A DNA stretch of 64,000 nucleotides. It comes from Candidatus Methylomirabilia bacterium. GTDB taxonomy: Bacteria > Methylomirabilota > Methylomirabilia > Rokubacteriales > CSP1-6. Every line of letters starts with the position of its first letter. Position 1 is the first letter of the stretch. The notes beneath the pieces were generated by a model. The model was not told where the DNA came from and made no database searches. It worked only from the letters and a program-made list of their open reading frames with translations. Positions 17,671-26,069 of this stretch are shown here, in pieces. The DNA is taken from positions 561 to 64,560 of the forward strand of contig JBGPTW010000007.1 of assembly GCA_041490825.1 (NCBI GenBank), written 5' to 3'. A program made the position numbers and the translations under genes.

Positions 17671-17756
17671 CCGGCCGCCTTGACAGCGCGCGTGTGCGCG
17701 GCATAGACATGGGGCCGGATCGCTGACCCGAGCCGCGACCGATCCGGAGGAACGCG

Positions 17757-18821
17757 ATGTCCATTCCCTCGACGATGAAGGCGGTTGTCCTCCACGGCGC
17801 CGACGAGATGCGCGTGGAGCAGCGGCGGGTGCCGGAGCTTGCTCCCGGCGAAGTGCTGCTGAAAGTGAACGTCGCGTCGATCTGCGGCACCGACGTCAAG
17901 GTGCTGCACAGGAAGCTCATGGGGCAGCCCGACGGCGACTTCATCATGGGCCATGAGTACGCCGGCACGGTGACGACGCTCGGTCCTGACGTGGACGAGT
18001 TCAAGGTCGGAGATCGCGTCGCGGTCGAGGTGCACAAGGGCTGCGAGCGCTGCGAGAACTGCATCAAGGGCTGGTACACGTCGTGTCTCAATTACGGCAA
18101 CCTCGCCAAGGGTCACCGCGCCAAGGGCCTCACGTGCGACGGCGGGTTTGCCGAATACGCGGTGAACCACATCAACACGCTCTACCGGCTGCCGGACAAT
18201 CTCACGTTCGAGCAAGCGTGCATGGTGACGACGGCGGCGTCACCGCTCTGGGCCATCGACCTGATGGGCGGCTACGTCGCCGGAGAGACGGTGCTCGTGC
18301 AGGGCCCAGGGCCGATCGGCCTCATTGCGGTCCAGCTCTGCAAGGCGCTCGGCGCCGAGCAGATCATCCTGAGCGGCACGCGCGACGAGCGTCTGGCGAT
18401 CGGCCGGCAACTCGGCGCCGACCATGTGATCAACGTGCGGCGGGAAACGCTGCTGGACCGCGTGCTGGAGATCACCGGCGGCAAGGGCGCCGATTCCGTG
18501 CTCGAGTGCGCGGGCGGCGCGACGTCGATGCAGGAGGCGCTCGAGTGCGTGAAGCGCGGCGGTCGTATCGGCGTCGTGGCCTGGTACACCGGCCCCGTGC
18601 AGATCGACATGAACCTCGCCGTGCGGAGCAACGTCCGGATCTACGCTGCGCGGGGCGAAGGCGGCATGAATTGCGGCCGGTCGCTGGCGCTGATGAGCGC
18701 CGGCAAGATCCTGGCTGACCCGATCATCACGCACCACTTCCCGCTCGAGAAGATCAATGACGCGTTCGACACGTACATGAATCGCGTCGGGAACGCCCTC
18801 AAAGTCGTTCTTCATGTTTGA
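17757..18821 (+). CDS. Zinc-dependent alcohol dehydrogenase (MDR family, threonine/sorbitol dehydrogenase-like)
   Basis: GHEYAG, the C..C..C..C structural-zinc motif, and the GPGPIG Rossmann motif. Confidence 0.85.
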   Translation: MSIPSTMKAVVLHGADEMRVEQRRVPELAPGEVLLKVNVASICGTDVKVLHRKLMGQPDGDFIMGHEYAGTVTTLGPDVDEFKVGDRVAVEVHKGCERCENCIKGWYTSCLNYGNLAKGHRAKGLTCDGGFAEYAVNHINTLYRLPDNLTFEQACMVTTAASPLWAIDLMGGYVAGETVLVQGPGPIGLIAVQLCKALGAEQIILSGTRDERLAIGRQLGADHVINVRRETLLDRVLEITGGKGADSVLECAGGATSMQEALECVKRGGRIGVVAWYTGPVQIDMNLAVRSNVRIYAARGEGGMNCGRSLALMSAGKILADPIITHHFPLEKINDAFDTYMNRVGNALKVVLHV

Positions 18822-18847
18822 GATGGGGGGCTATGTTTGAGATGGGG

Positions 18848-19003
18848 GGCCCCGACATGGCCCCCATACCCCCCAACGCTCGGCGCGGCCAGGCGTAGCC
18901 CGGCCGCGCCTCGACACCGCGCGCGGCCCCGACATGGCCCCCCATACCCCCCAACGCTCGGAGCGTCCGGGCACAGCCTGGCCGCGCCTCGAACCCCCGC
19001 GGG
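18848..19003. repeat. 78-bp tandem duplication that includes the start codon and 5' end of the downstream SBP gene. The first copy is closed by TAG
   Basis: ccccgacatggccccc(c)ataccccccaacgctcgg... occurs twice. The copies are preceded by tgtttgagatgggggg x2. Confidence 0.6.
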
Positions 19004-20589
19004 GCTGGGCGCTCCTCGTCACCCTCTTCGTGCTGGTCGGCATCGCGGCGCCCGCCCATACGCAGGACAGCCCGAGGCACGGCGGTGAACTGGTCTTCGT
19101 CGTCCCGGCCGAGCCGCCGTCGTACGACGCCCACCGCGAGGAAACGTTCGCGATCGTCCATCCCGCGGCGCCTCACTACAGCACGCTGCTGCGCGTCGAC
19201 CCGACCGATCGGAGCGGCACGCGGCTCGTGGGAGACCTCGCGGAATCGTGGACGGTCTCGAAGGATAGGCGAACGTACACGTTCAAGCTGCGCCGCGACG
19301 TGAAGTTCCACGACGGCAGCGAATGCAGCGCGCGCGATGTGAAGGCGACCTACGACAAGATCGTCTTTCCGCCCGCCGGGACGGCGTCGAACCGAAAGGG
19401 CGAGTACCTCGCAGTGGAAGCGGTGGAAGCGCCCGATCCGTTGACGGTGGTGTTCCGGCTGAAATGGCCGTCGGCGTCGTTTCTCACCTCGCTGGCCTCG
19501 CCCTTCAACTGGATCTACAAGGCCGACATCCTGGCGCGGGACATCCACTGGTACGAGAAGAACGTCATGGGCACCGGCCCATTCGTCTTCGTCGAGTACG
19601 TGCGCGGCAGCCACTGGGTCGGCCGGCGAAACCCAAATTACTGGGACAGGGGCAAGCCGTACCTCGACGGCTATCGCGCGCTGTTCATCAAGGATTCGGC
19701 GGCGCAGGTCGCCGCGATTCGCGGTGGGCGGGCGATGATCCAGTTCCGCGGCTTCGCGCCGTCAGAGCGCGACAGCCTCGTCCGGGCCCTGGGCAGCGCC
19801 ATCACGGTCCAGGAGAGCCCCTGGGAGTGCTGGAACCCGCTCGCCGTCAACCACGAGCGGAAGCCGTTCGACGACCGGCGTGTGCGGCGAGCGCTCTCGT
19901 TGGCGCTCGATAAATACCAGGGTGCGCAGGCGCTGTCGAAGCTCACGCTGCTCAAAGAGGTCTCGGGCGTGCAGGGGATCGGCACGCCATTCGCGGCCAC
20001 GCCGGCCGAGCTGGAGCAGCTCGCGGGCTATGGACGCGACATCACGCGTGCCCGCGCCGAGGCGCGCCGGCTGCTGCGAGAGGCCGGCGTGCCGGACGGC
20101 TTCGCGTTCACGTTCAAGAACCGTGGCATCCCGAATCCGTACCAGGCGCTCGGCGTGTGGCTGGCCGATCAGTGGCGACAGGTCGGGCTCAACGTCAGCG
20201 TGCAGACCCTGGAGCTCGGAACGCTCTATGCCGACATTCGCAGCGGCAACTTCGAGGTCGCCGCCGACTTCCATTGCAGCTACGTCGTCGAGCCTGATCT
20301 CGCGCTCTTCAAGTTCCAGTCGATGGACGTGAGCGCGGTGAACTACAGCCGCTACACCGATCGGACGCTCGACGAGCTCTACCAGAAGCAGGGGCGCGCG
20401 GCTGATCGCGAAGAGCGCCGACGGCTGATCCGTGAATTCGAGCGCCGGCTGCTCGACGAGGAGGCGCACTACGTCTACACCTTCCAGTGGCACCGCATCA
20501 TCGCTCACAGCGCCAGGGTGAAGGGCTGGACCATCACCCCGAGCCACTTCTTGAACAGCCAGCTCGACACCGTGTGGCTTCAAGAGTGA
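18934..20589 (+). CDS. ABC transporter substrate-binding protein, family 5 (peptide/nickel/opine type)
   Basis: 551 aa. Signal-like WALLVTLFVLVGIAAPAHTQ follows a 24-aa N-terminal extension. Confidence 0.8.
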   Translation: MAPHTPQRSERPGTAWPRLEPPRGWALLVTLFVLVGIAAPAHTQDSPRHGGELVFVVPAEPPSYDAHREETFAIVHPAAPHYSTLLRVDPTDRSGTRLVGDLAESWTVSKDRRTYTFKLRRDVKFHDGSECSARDVKATYDKIVFPPAGTASNRKGEYLAVEAVEAPDPLTVVFRLKWPSASFLTSLASPFNWIYKADILARDIHWYEKNVMGTGPFVFVEYVRGSHWVGRRNPNYWDRGKPYLDGYRALFIKDSAAQVAAIRGGRAMIQFRGFAPSERDSLVRALGSAITVQESPWECWNPLAVNHERKPFDDRRVRRALSLALDKYQGAQALSKLTLLKEVSGVQGIGTPFAATPAELEQLAGYGRDITRARAEARRLLREAGVPDGFAFTFKNRGIPNPYQALGVWLADQWRQVGLNVSVQTLELGTLYADIRSGNFEVAADFHCSYVVEPDLALFKFQSMDVSAVNYSRYTDRTLDELYQKQGRAADREERRRLIREFERRLLDEEAHYVYTFQWHRIIAHSARVKGWTITPSHFLNSQLDTVWLQE

Positions 20590-21527
20590 CCGGCCTGATC
20601 TCCTACCGTCAGTTCCACAACCAGCCGGCCGCAAGTCCGCTCGACCGATGGCTCGGCGAGATGTGGAACGCCGTGAGCACGGAGACCGGCGGCCGACTGT
20701 CCGTTTGCGTCTGCCCGCAGAACGACGGCATTGCGGGCGGTGATCCCGAAGCGCTTCGCATGCTCCTCGGCGGCGAGATCGAGTTCTACACGCTGATGGG
20801 TGGATTGCTCGGTAGCGTCGCGCCGGTCGCCGAGATCCAGAACGTGCCGTTCGCGTTTCGCGATCAGGCGCACGTGTTCAGCGCGATGGACGGCGCGCTC
20901 GGCGACCATCTGCGCGAGGAGCTCGCCGCCCACGGCATCTACATGGTCCCGCGCGCGTGCTTCGAGAACGGGTTCCGGCACATCACGACGCGCACGCGGC
21001 CGATCGCCAGCACCGACGATCTCGTCGATCTCCGGATCCGCACGCCGGCCGGCCGGCTGTTCGTCGACTTCTTCGAGTCGCTCGGTGCGCGGCCCAGTGC
21101 GATCAACATGAACCGCGTGTACGACGCGCTCCGGGATGGCTCGGTCGTGGAGGCCCAGGAGAATCCGCTCGTGATGGTCGAGGTCAACCGGCTCTACGAG
21201 GTTCAGACCTATTTGAGCCTCACCGGCCACATGTGGTCGGGCTTCAACCTGCTGGCGAATCTCGGCGCGTGGCGCGCGCTGCCGGATGACGTCCGCGGTG
21301 TCGTCGAGCGCGTGGCGCAGCGCTACGCAGAGCGGCAACGGGCCGAGACCGATGCCGAGAACGCCCGCCTCGTCACGAAGCTGGTCGAGCGCGGGTTGAT
21401 CATGAACCGGGCGGACATGAGCGCGGCCCGCCCCCGCCTCGGTGAGTTCTACGCGCGCTGGAAGCGCGAGCTCGGCGCGAAAGCGTGGGCGCTCCTCGAG
21501 GCTGAGACCGGACCGCTCGGGTCTTGA
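20586..21527 (+). CDS. TRAP-type DctP-family solute-binding protein homolog without a signal peptide (possible remnant or cytoplasmic form)
   Basis: GTG at 20586 overlaps the TGA of the previous gene (GTGA). Homology is read from the ORF 20487..21527 translation. No dctQM permease genes nearby. Confidence 0.5.
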   Translation: MTGLISYRQFHNQPAASPLDRWLGEMWNAVSTETGGRLSVCVCPQNDGIAGGDPEALRMLLGGEIEFYTLMGGLLGSVAPVAEIQNVPFAFRDQAHVFSAMDGALGDHLREELAAHGIYMVPRACFENGFRHITTRTRPIASTDDLVDLRIRTPAGRLFVDFFESLGARPSAINMNRVYDALRDGSVVEAQENPLVMVEVNRLYEVQTYLSLTGHMWSGFNLLANLGAWRALPDDVRGVVERVAQRYAERQRAETDAENARLVTKLVERGLIMNRADMSAARPRLGEFYARWKRELGAKAWALLEAETGPLGS

Positions 21528-21660
21528 CGCCTCAGGTGCCGCACGGCGACAAGGGAAGCGTTCATGTGTCGAGCTCGACCCTGTTGTACGATGGCGCACG
21601 ACCATCGGCCAGGAGCGTTGACGCCCGCCAGGACGGAGACGCCTCGAGAGGAACGACGAC

Positions 21661-22551
21661 ATGCTTCCCACGCACGGACGCTACGATTACTCGAACATCA
21701 CCAAGCGGCCGGACTATTCGTGGCCCGGCGGCGGCCGTCTGGCGGTCTACGTCGCGCTCAACATCGAGGCGTTCGGCTTCGGAGTCGGCAAGGGCGCGGC
21801 GATCGCTCCACCGGACCAGGCCCAGAGCCACAGCGTGTTCAGCTGGCGCGACTACGGCAACCGGGTGGGCATCTGGCGCTTGTTCGAACTGCTGGATCAG
21901 CTTCGGATCCCCGCCGAGGCGCAGATGAACACCGAGATTTACGAGATCGCCCCGGACATCCCGGAGCGGCTTCGCGCGCGAGGCGACGAGATCCTCGGCC
22001 ATGGCACGACGAACTCCGACGAACAAGGCCATCTCACCGAGCATCAGGAGCGCGAGCTGATCGAGCGCGTGACCACCACGATCGAGCGGCGTGAAGGCAA
22101 GCGGCCGATCGGCTGGATGAGCCCGTGGCTCTCGAACAGCGCGGTGACGATGGACCTGCTCCAGGAGGCGGGCTACCGCTACGTGATGGACTGGACCATG
22201 GACGATCAGCCGATCTGGATCCGTACGCGCAAGGGCCGCATCCTGTCGATGCCATACCCGATCGAGGTCAACGACACACGTGGGATCGTCTGGTACCGCT
22301 ATACCTCGGAGGCGTTCGCCGACATGATCGTCGATCAGTTCGACGAGATGCTCGAGCAGTCGGCGCGCCAGCCGCTGGTGTGTCCGATCTCGCTCCACCC
22401 GTTCGTCACCGGGCGGCCGTATCGCATCCGCCAGCTCCGCCGCGCGTTCGAGCATATCCTCGAGCATCGCGATCGGATCTGGCTGACGCGCCCGGGCGAG
22501 ATCTGCGCGCACATCGAATCGCTGCCGCCGGGCGTTGTGCCGGGAAGTTGA
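21661..22551 (+). CDS. Polysaccharide deacetylase family protein (second PuuE-like paralog)
   Basis: 296 aa with the same fold signature as the gene at 3964. Confidence 0.65.
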   Translation: MLPTHGRYDYSNITKRPDYSWPGGGRLAVYVALNIEAFGFGVGKGAAIAPPDQAQSHSVFSWRDYGNRVGIWRLFELLDQLRIPAEAQMNTEIYEIAPDIPERLRARGDEILGHGTTNSDEQGHLTEHQERELIERVTTTIERREGKRPIGWMSPWLSNSAVTMDLLQEAGYRYVMDWTMDDQPIWIRTRKGRILSMPYPIEVNDTRGIVWYRYTSEAFADMIVDQFDEMLEQSARQPLVCPISLHPFVTGRPYRIRQLRRAFEHILEHRDRIWLTRPGEICAHIESLPPGVVPGS

Positions 22552-22594
22552 TAATGCTCACCGAGAGGTCGCTCACGCTGACGAGGAGAGCGCA

Positions 22595-23464
22595 ATGAAC
22601 ATCGGTGTCGTCATGCCACAGACCGAGATCGGAAACGATCCGGCCGCGATCAAGGCGTATGCGGAAGCGATCGAGGCGATGGGCTTCACGCACATTCTGG
22701 CCTTCGATCACGTGCTCGGCGCCAACCCCGATCGACCGGGCGGCTGGAAGGGGCCGTACACCTACCGGCACGCCTTCCACGAGCCATTCGTGCTCTTCGG
22801 ATTCCTCGCCGCGGCCACGCGCCGCGTCGAGCTGGTCACCGGCATCATCATCCTGCCGCAGCGCCAGACGGTGCTGGTCGCCAAGCAGGCGGCCGCCGTC
22901 GACGTCCTGTCAGGTGGACGACTCAGGCTCGGCGTCGCGGTCGGATGGAACCCCGTGGAGTTCGAGGCGCTCGGCGAGGACTTCAAGACACGCGGCCGGC
23001 GCATCGAGGAGCAGATCGCCGTGATGCGCACGTTGTGGACGCGTGAGCTCGTCACGGTCTCGGGCCAGGGCCATCGGATCTCCGATGCCGGGATCAACCC
23101 GCTGCCGGTGCAACGACCGATTCCGGTATGGATGGGCGGTGAGAGCGAAATCGTGAAGAAACGCATGGCTCGCATCGCCGACGGCTGGATGCCGCACTTC
23201 CGACCGGGACCGCAAACGCAAGCGGTGGTCGACCGTCTCCACGAGGTGATTCGTGCGGCCGGGCGTGACCCCGCGCACTTCGGCATCGAGGGCCGCATGA
23301 CGCTCTCGCAGATTCCGCCGGGCGACTGGGGCAAGGAGCTCGAAACCTGGCGCGCGATGCGCGGGATCACGCATCTCTGCGTCAACACGATGGGCCTCGG
23401 ATTGAAGACGCCCGATCACGTGGAAGTGCTGCGGCAATTCCGGCAAACAGTCGGGCTGAAGTAG
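22595..23464 (+). CDS. LLM-class (luciferase-like) F420/flavin-dependent oxidoreductase
   Basis: ATG at 22595 after GAGGAG. MNIGVVMPQTEIGNDPAAIKAYAEAIEAMGFTHILAFDHV. Confidence 0.75.
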   Translation: MNIGVVMPQTEIGNDPAAIKAYAEAIEAMGFTHILAFDHVLGANPDRPGGWKGPYTYRHAFHEPFVLFGFLAAATRRVELVTGIIILPQRQTVLVAKQAAAVDVLSGGRLRLGVAVGWNPVEFEALGEDFKTRGRRIEEQIAVMRTLWTRELVTVSGQGHRISDAGINPLPVQRPIPVWMGGESEIVKKRMARIADGWMPHFRPGPQTQAVVDRLHEVIRAAGRDPAHFGIEGRMTLSQIPPGDWGKELETWRAMRGITHLCVNTMGLGLKTPDHVEVLRQFRQTVGLK

Positions 23465-23490
23465 GGCCAGGTTACCGTGCGAGCCGCTCC

Positions 23491-23496
23491 TATAAT
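23491..23496 (+). promoter_or_regulatory. TATAAT -10-like hexamer upstream of the three-gene cassette
   Basis: gctcctataatggcg lies about 45 nt upstream of GTG 23541. Confidence 0.3.
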
Positions 23497-23540
23497 GGCG
23501 ACATGACTCGCCCTACTGTGTGCGCGGCCGAGAAATAAAC

Positions 23541-24008
23541 GTGGTGTTCCGCGTGTATCTCAGTCATAGCGTGTCGCCTCGTGAGCTCGGCGCGATCTAT
23601 GGGATGGCCGAACTGGCAGCGCAGAAGGGGATGCAGCCGATCGTAGCAGACCGGCGGTGGTCTCCTGCGGCGCCCCCCGCGCGAATCGTCCAGCTTCTTC
23701 AGGGCCTCGACGCCTTTGTCGTGATAGCGACGCTGGAAGGAACGCAGGAGTCATGGGTGAATGCCGAGCTGGACACGGCCCTGCACACGGGACTGAGCGC
23801 TCAGGCTGTCGTGTCTGTCGTCGATGCAGGAATCGAGGTTCCGACAACGGATCACGTCGTGACGATTGACCGAAACAACCTGGCCGGAACAATTTCACGA
23901 GCTGTGGAGATTCTCGCGGGACTGAAACTCGGCCAGGATCAACGCAACGTCCTCGCTGGACTTCTCCTTGGAGGACTCGCCGCATTGCTACTCAGTTCGC
24001 GAGACTGA
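23541..24008 (+). CDS. TIR-like (TIR_2/DUF1863-like) domain protein with a C-terminal transmembrane helix
   Basis: VFRVYLSHS...FVVIATLEGTQESWVNAELDTAL follows the TIR-like consensus (YxFISxS...FVVLLS...S.WV..E). C-terminal NVLAGLLLGGLAALLLS. GTG start chosen after GAGAAA. The ORF track starts at 23520. Confidence 0.4.
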   Translation: MVFRVYLSHSVSPRELGAIYGMAELAAQKGMQPIVADRRWSPAAPPARIVQLLQGLDAFVVIATLEGTQESWVNAELDTALHTGLSAQAVVSVVDAGIEVPTTDHVVTIDRNNLAGTISRAVEILAGLKLGQDQRNVLAGLLLGGLAALLLSSRD

Positions 24009-24012
24009 ACTG

Positions 24013-24435
24013 ATGAGCACGCTCCTGGCCTCGGCCGACGCACTCTTCGATTCCGCATCGGAAGCGACAGAGTTCAATGCATCTCGCTGCCCCGCAGCGC
24101 TCGGTGCTCTGTTCGACAAGGTCGAGAACCACTTTCGCTTGCGTGACGCGGACTGGGACACGCTGTTCCGGTACGCGTTACGGCATCCGCAATCCATCCC
24201 TGTTCTCGCCGAAGCTCCCGAGGCAATTCGGCGGGTCTTCGGTCCGGTCCGGCCATTCGTGGACCTCGTCGAGGATCCCGAAGAAGACCGGGAAGAATTG
24301 TTCATTGTCGTACCCACGCGCGAGCCAGCGCGTCAAGCCCTCGACCGGCTGGCGCGGTTGGATGCCGAATGGTTCAACGTGGCGGCTCGCCGAAGCGGCT
24401 TCGCGATCACGGTCACGGTGGAAGCGGATGTTTGA
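24013..24435 (+). CDS. Hypothetical protein, middle gene of the cassette
   Basis: ATG 5 nt after the upstream stop. Its own stop overlaps the downstream ATG (ATGTTTGA). No recognisable domain. Confidence 0.5.
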   Translation: MSTLLASADALFDSASEATEFNASRCPAALGALFDKVENHFRLRDADWDTLFRYALRHPQSIPVLAEAPEAIRRVFGPVRPFVDLVEDPEEDREELFIVVPTREPARQALDRLARLDAEWFNVAARRSGFAITVTVEADV

Positions 24436-24802
24436 CTGGGCGCAGTACCTCGAACTGGCACGGACGATCCTGGCCCGACCCATTCCTCCGTGGGAGGCGT
24501 GGCCGGAGGAAGCGTGCTTTCGCGCTGCCGCGAGCCGCGCATACTATGCAGCATTCCATGCGGCGCGAACGACGATCGAGCGCGAAATCGGCATGACGTT
24601 CGGACGCGACCGAATCCATCGCGAGGTGCTTCAGCGTCTGCAAGAGCGGGCTGATCGTGATTCAGCCGCTCGTGCACTGAAACGCCTTTATGGGAAACGG
24701 CTGCATGCCGACTACAATGCCGAGCGCGGGTTTGCTTCGCGCGATGCCGACCTCGCGATCGAATTTGCCTCGGACGTTCTGCGCGGCTTGGCCGCGGAAT
24801 AA
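24428..24802 (+). CDS. HEPN-domain protein (COG2250-like)
   Basis: RAYYAAFHAARTTIER ... LYGKRLHADYNAE matches the HEPN helices and the R-x4-6-H-type motif. Confidence 0.55.
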   Translation: MFDWAQYLELARTILARPIPPWEAWPEEACFRAAASRAYYAAFHAARTTIEREIGMTFGRDRIHREVLQRLQERADRDSAARALKRLYGKRLHADYNAERGFASRDADLAIEFASDVLRGLAAE

Positions 24803-24892
24803 CGATCCCACCTTCGCTGCCGATCTCGATTCCTTTCCTGTCCCATCTCGGCTAGCCTAACGGCGCGGCTCGATCCGAACGAGGAGGCCAGC

Positions 24893-26053
24893 ATGCCGAT
24901 CAAGCGTTTCGTCGTCCTCGCCAGCGTTGTCGCCGTCATCACTTCGGCCGCGGGCGCCCACGCGCAGATTGCCGTCAGCGCCAACGACAACAAGGTCATC
25001 CTCGTGAACGGCGTGGTGAAGCCGGTGCCGAATGCGCCGCCGGACACCGTGACCGTCATCGATCTCAAAGCGTCACCGCCGAAGACGATCGCCGAAGTGT
25101 CCGGCGTACCGGTGAGCGTCGTCGGCCCGCCGCTCAGCGTGGCGATCACGCCGGACGAGAGTCTCGCGCTGGTGACCGCGTCGACGAAGATCGATCCGAG
25201 CGATCCGGCCAAGACCGTGCCGGACAATCGGATGTCCGTGATCGATCTCAAGGCGACTCCGCCGACAGTGATCGCTACCCTCGAGACGGGCCGAGGACCG
25301 TCGGGACTGTCGATCAACCGACAGGGCACGCTGGCGCTCGTCGGTAATCGTGAAGACGGCACGGTGTCGATCTTCACGATTCAGGGCAAGACGGTGACTC
25401 CGGCCGGCAATCTCGCGCTCGATGCGAAGTCCGGCACGACTCACGTCGCGATCACGCCCGACGGCAAGACGGCGCTGGTCTCGCGGTACCTCGACAACAA
25501 GATCTCGATCCTCTCGATCGACGGGAGCAAGGTCGAATACACCAAGCGCGACCTGTCCGCCGGCGTCCGACCCGGCGCGCTCGAGATTTCACCGAGCGGG
25601 GCGTGGGCCGTCGTCGGCAACCTCGGTGGTGGTCAGGGCGACGAAGAGACGGTCAGCCTCATCGATCTCAAGGCGAAGCCGCCGCGCGTGGTCGACACGA
25701 TCACGGTCGGGCAGACGCCCGAGGGCGTGAAGGTCTCGCCGGACGGGATGCACGTCGCGGTCGTGGTGCACAACGGCAGCAACAAGCCGAAGGAGTCGCC
25801 GTTCTTCAACGATCACGGCAAGCTCGTGTTCCTGCGCGTCGACGGCGGCAAGCTGGCGCGGGTCGCGGAGCTGCCGATCGGCCACTGGGCGCAAGGCGCG
25901 GCGTTCTCGTCCGACGGCAAGAAGATTCTCGTCGGCAACATGGTGGAGAAGGACTACCAGGTGTTCGAGTGGAACGGCAGCACGCTCCGCGACACGGGGG
26001 TTCGTCTCGCGGTGAAGGGCGGCGCGGCCGCGATCCGGACCGCGGAGAAATAG
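24893..26053 (+). CDS. Secreted YVTN-family beta-propeller repeat protein (lactonase-like)
   Basis: Signal peptide, then repeated V..IDLKA..P modules. Confidence 0.7.
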   Translation: MPIKRFVVLASVVAVITSAAGAHAQIAVSANDNKVILVNGVVKPVPNAPPDTVTVIDLKASPPKTIAEVSGVPVSVVGPPLSVAITPDESLALVTASTKIDPSDPAKTVPDNRMSVIDLKATPPTVIATLETGRGPSGLSINRQGTLALVGNREDGTVSIFTIQGKTVTPAGNLALDAKSGTTHVAITPDGKTALVSRYLDNKISILSIDGSKVEYTKRDLSAGVRPGALEISPSGAWAVVGNLGGGQGDEETVSLIDLKAKPPRVVDTITVGQTPEGVKVSPDGMHVAVVVHNGSNKPKESPFFNDHGKLVFLRVDGGKLARVAELPIGHWAQGAAFSSDGKKILVGNMVEKDYQVFEWNGSTLRDTGVRLAVKGGAAAIRTAEK

Positions 26054-26069
26054 ACCGCTGAGCACTTCG

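Noticed and set aside
17087-17683. 198-aa plus-strand ORF and the N-terminal 150 aa of minus-strand ORF 16246..17658, both translating the 153-bp repeats
   Set aside because: The repeat period is a multiple of 3, so frames stay open by construction. The translated product is Arg/Pro/Gly-rich with no protein-like composition. The TAXI gene has a plausible RBS and GTG start at 17184.
18831-19080. Separate small gene in ORF 18837..19088
   Set aside because: Pro/Arg-rich frame across a tandem duplication. It overlaps the real SBP start in another frame.
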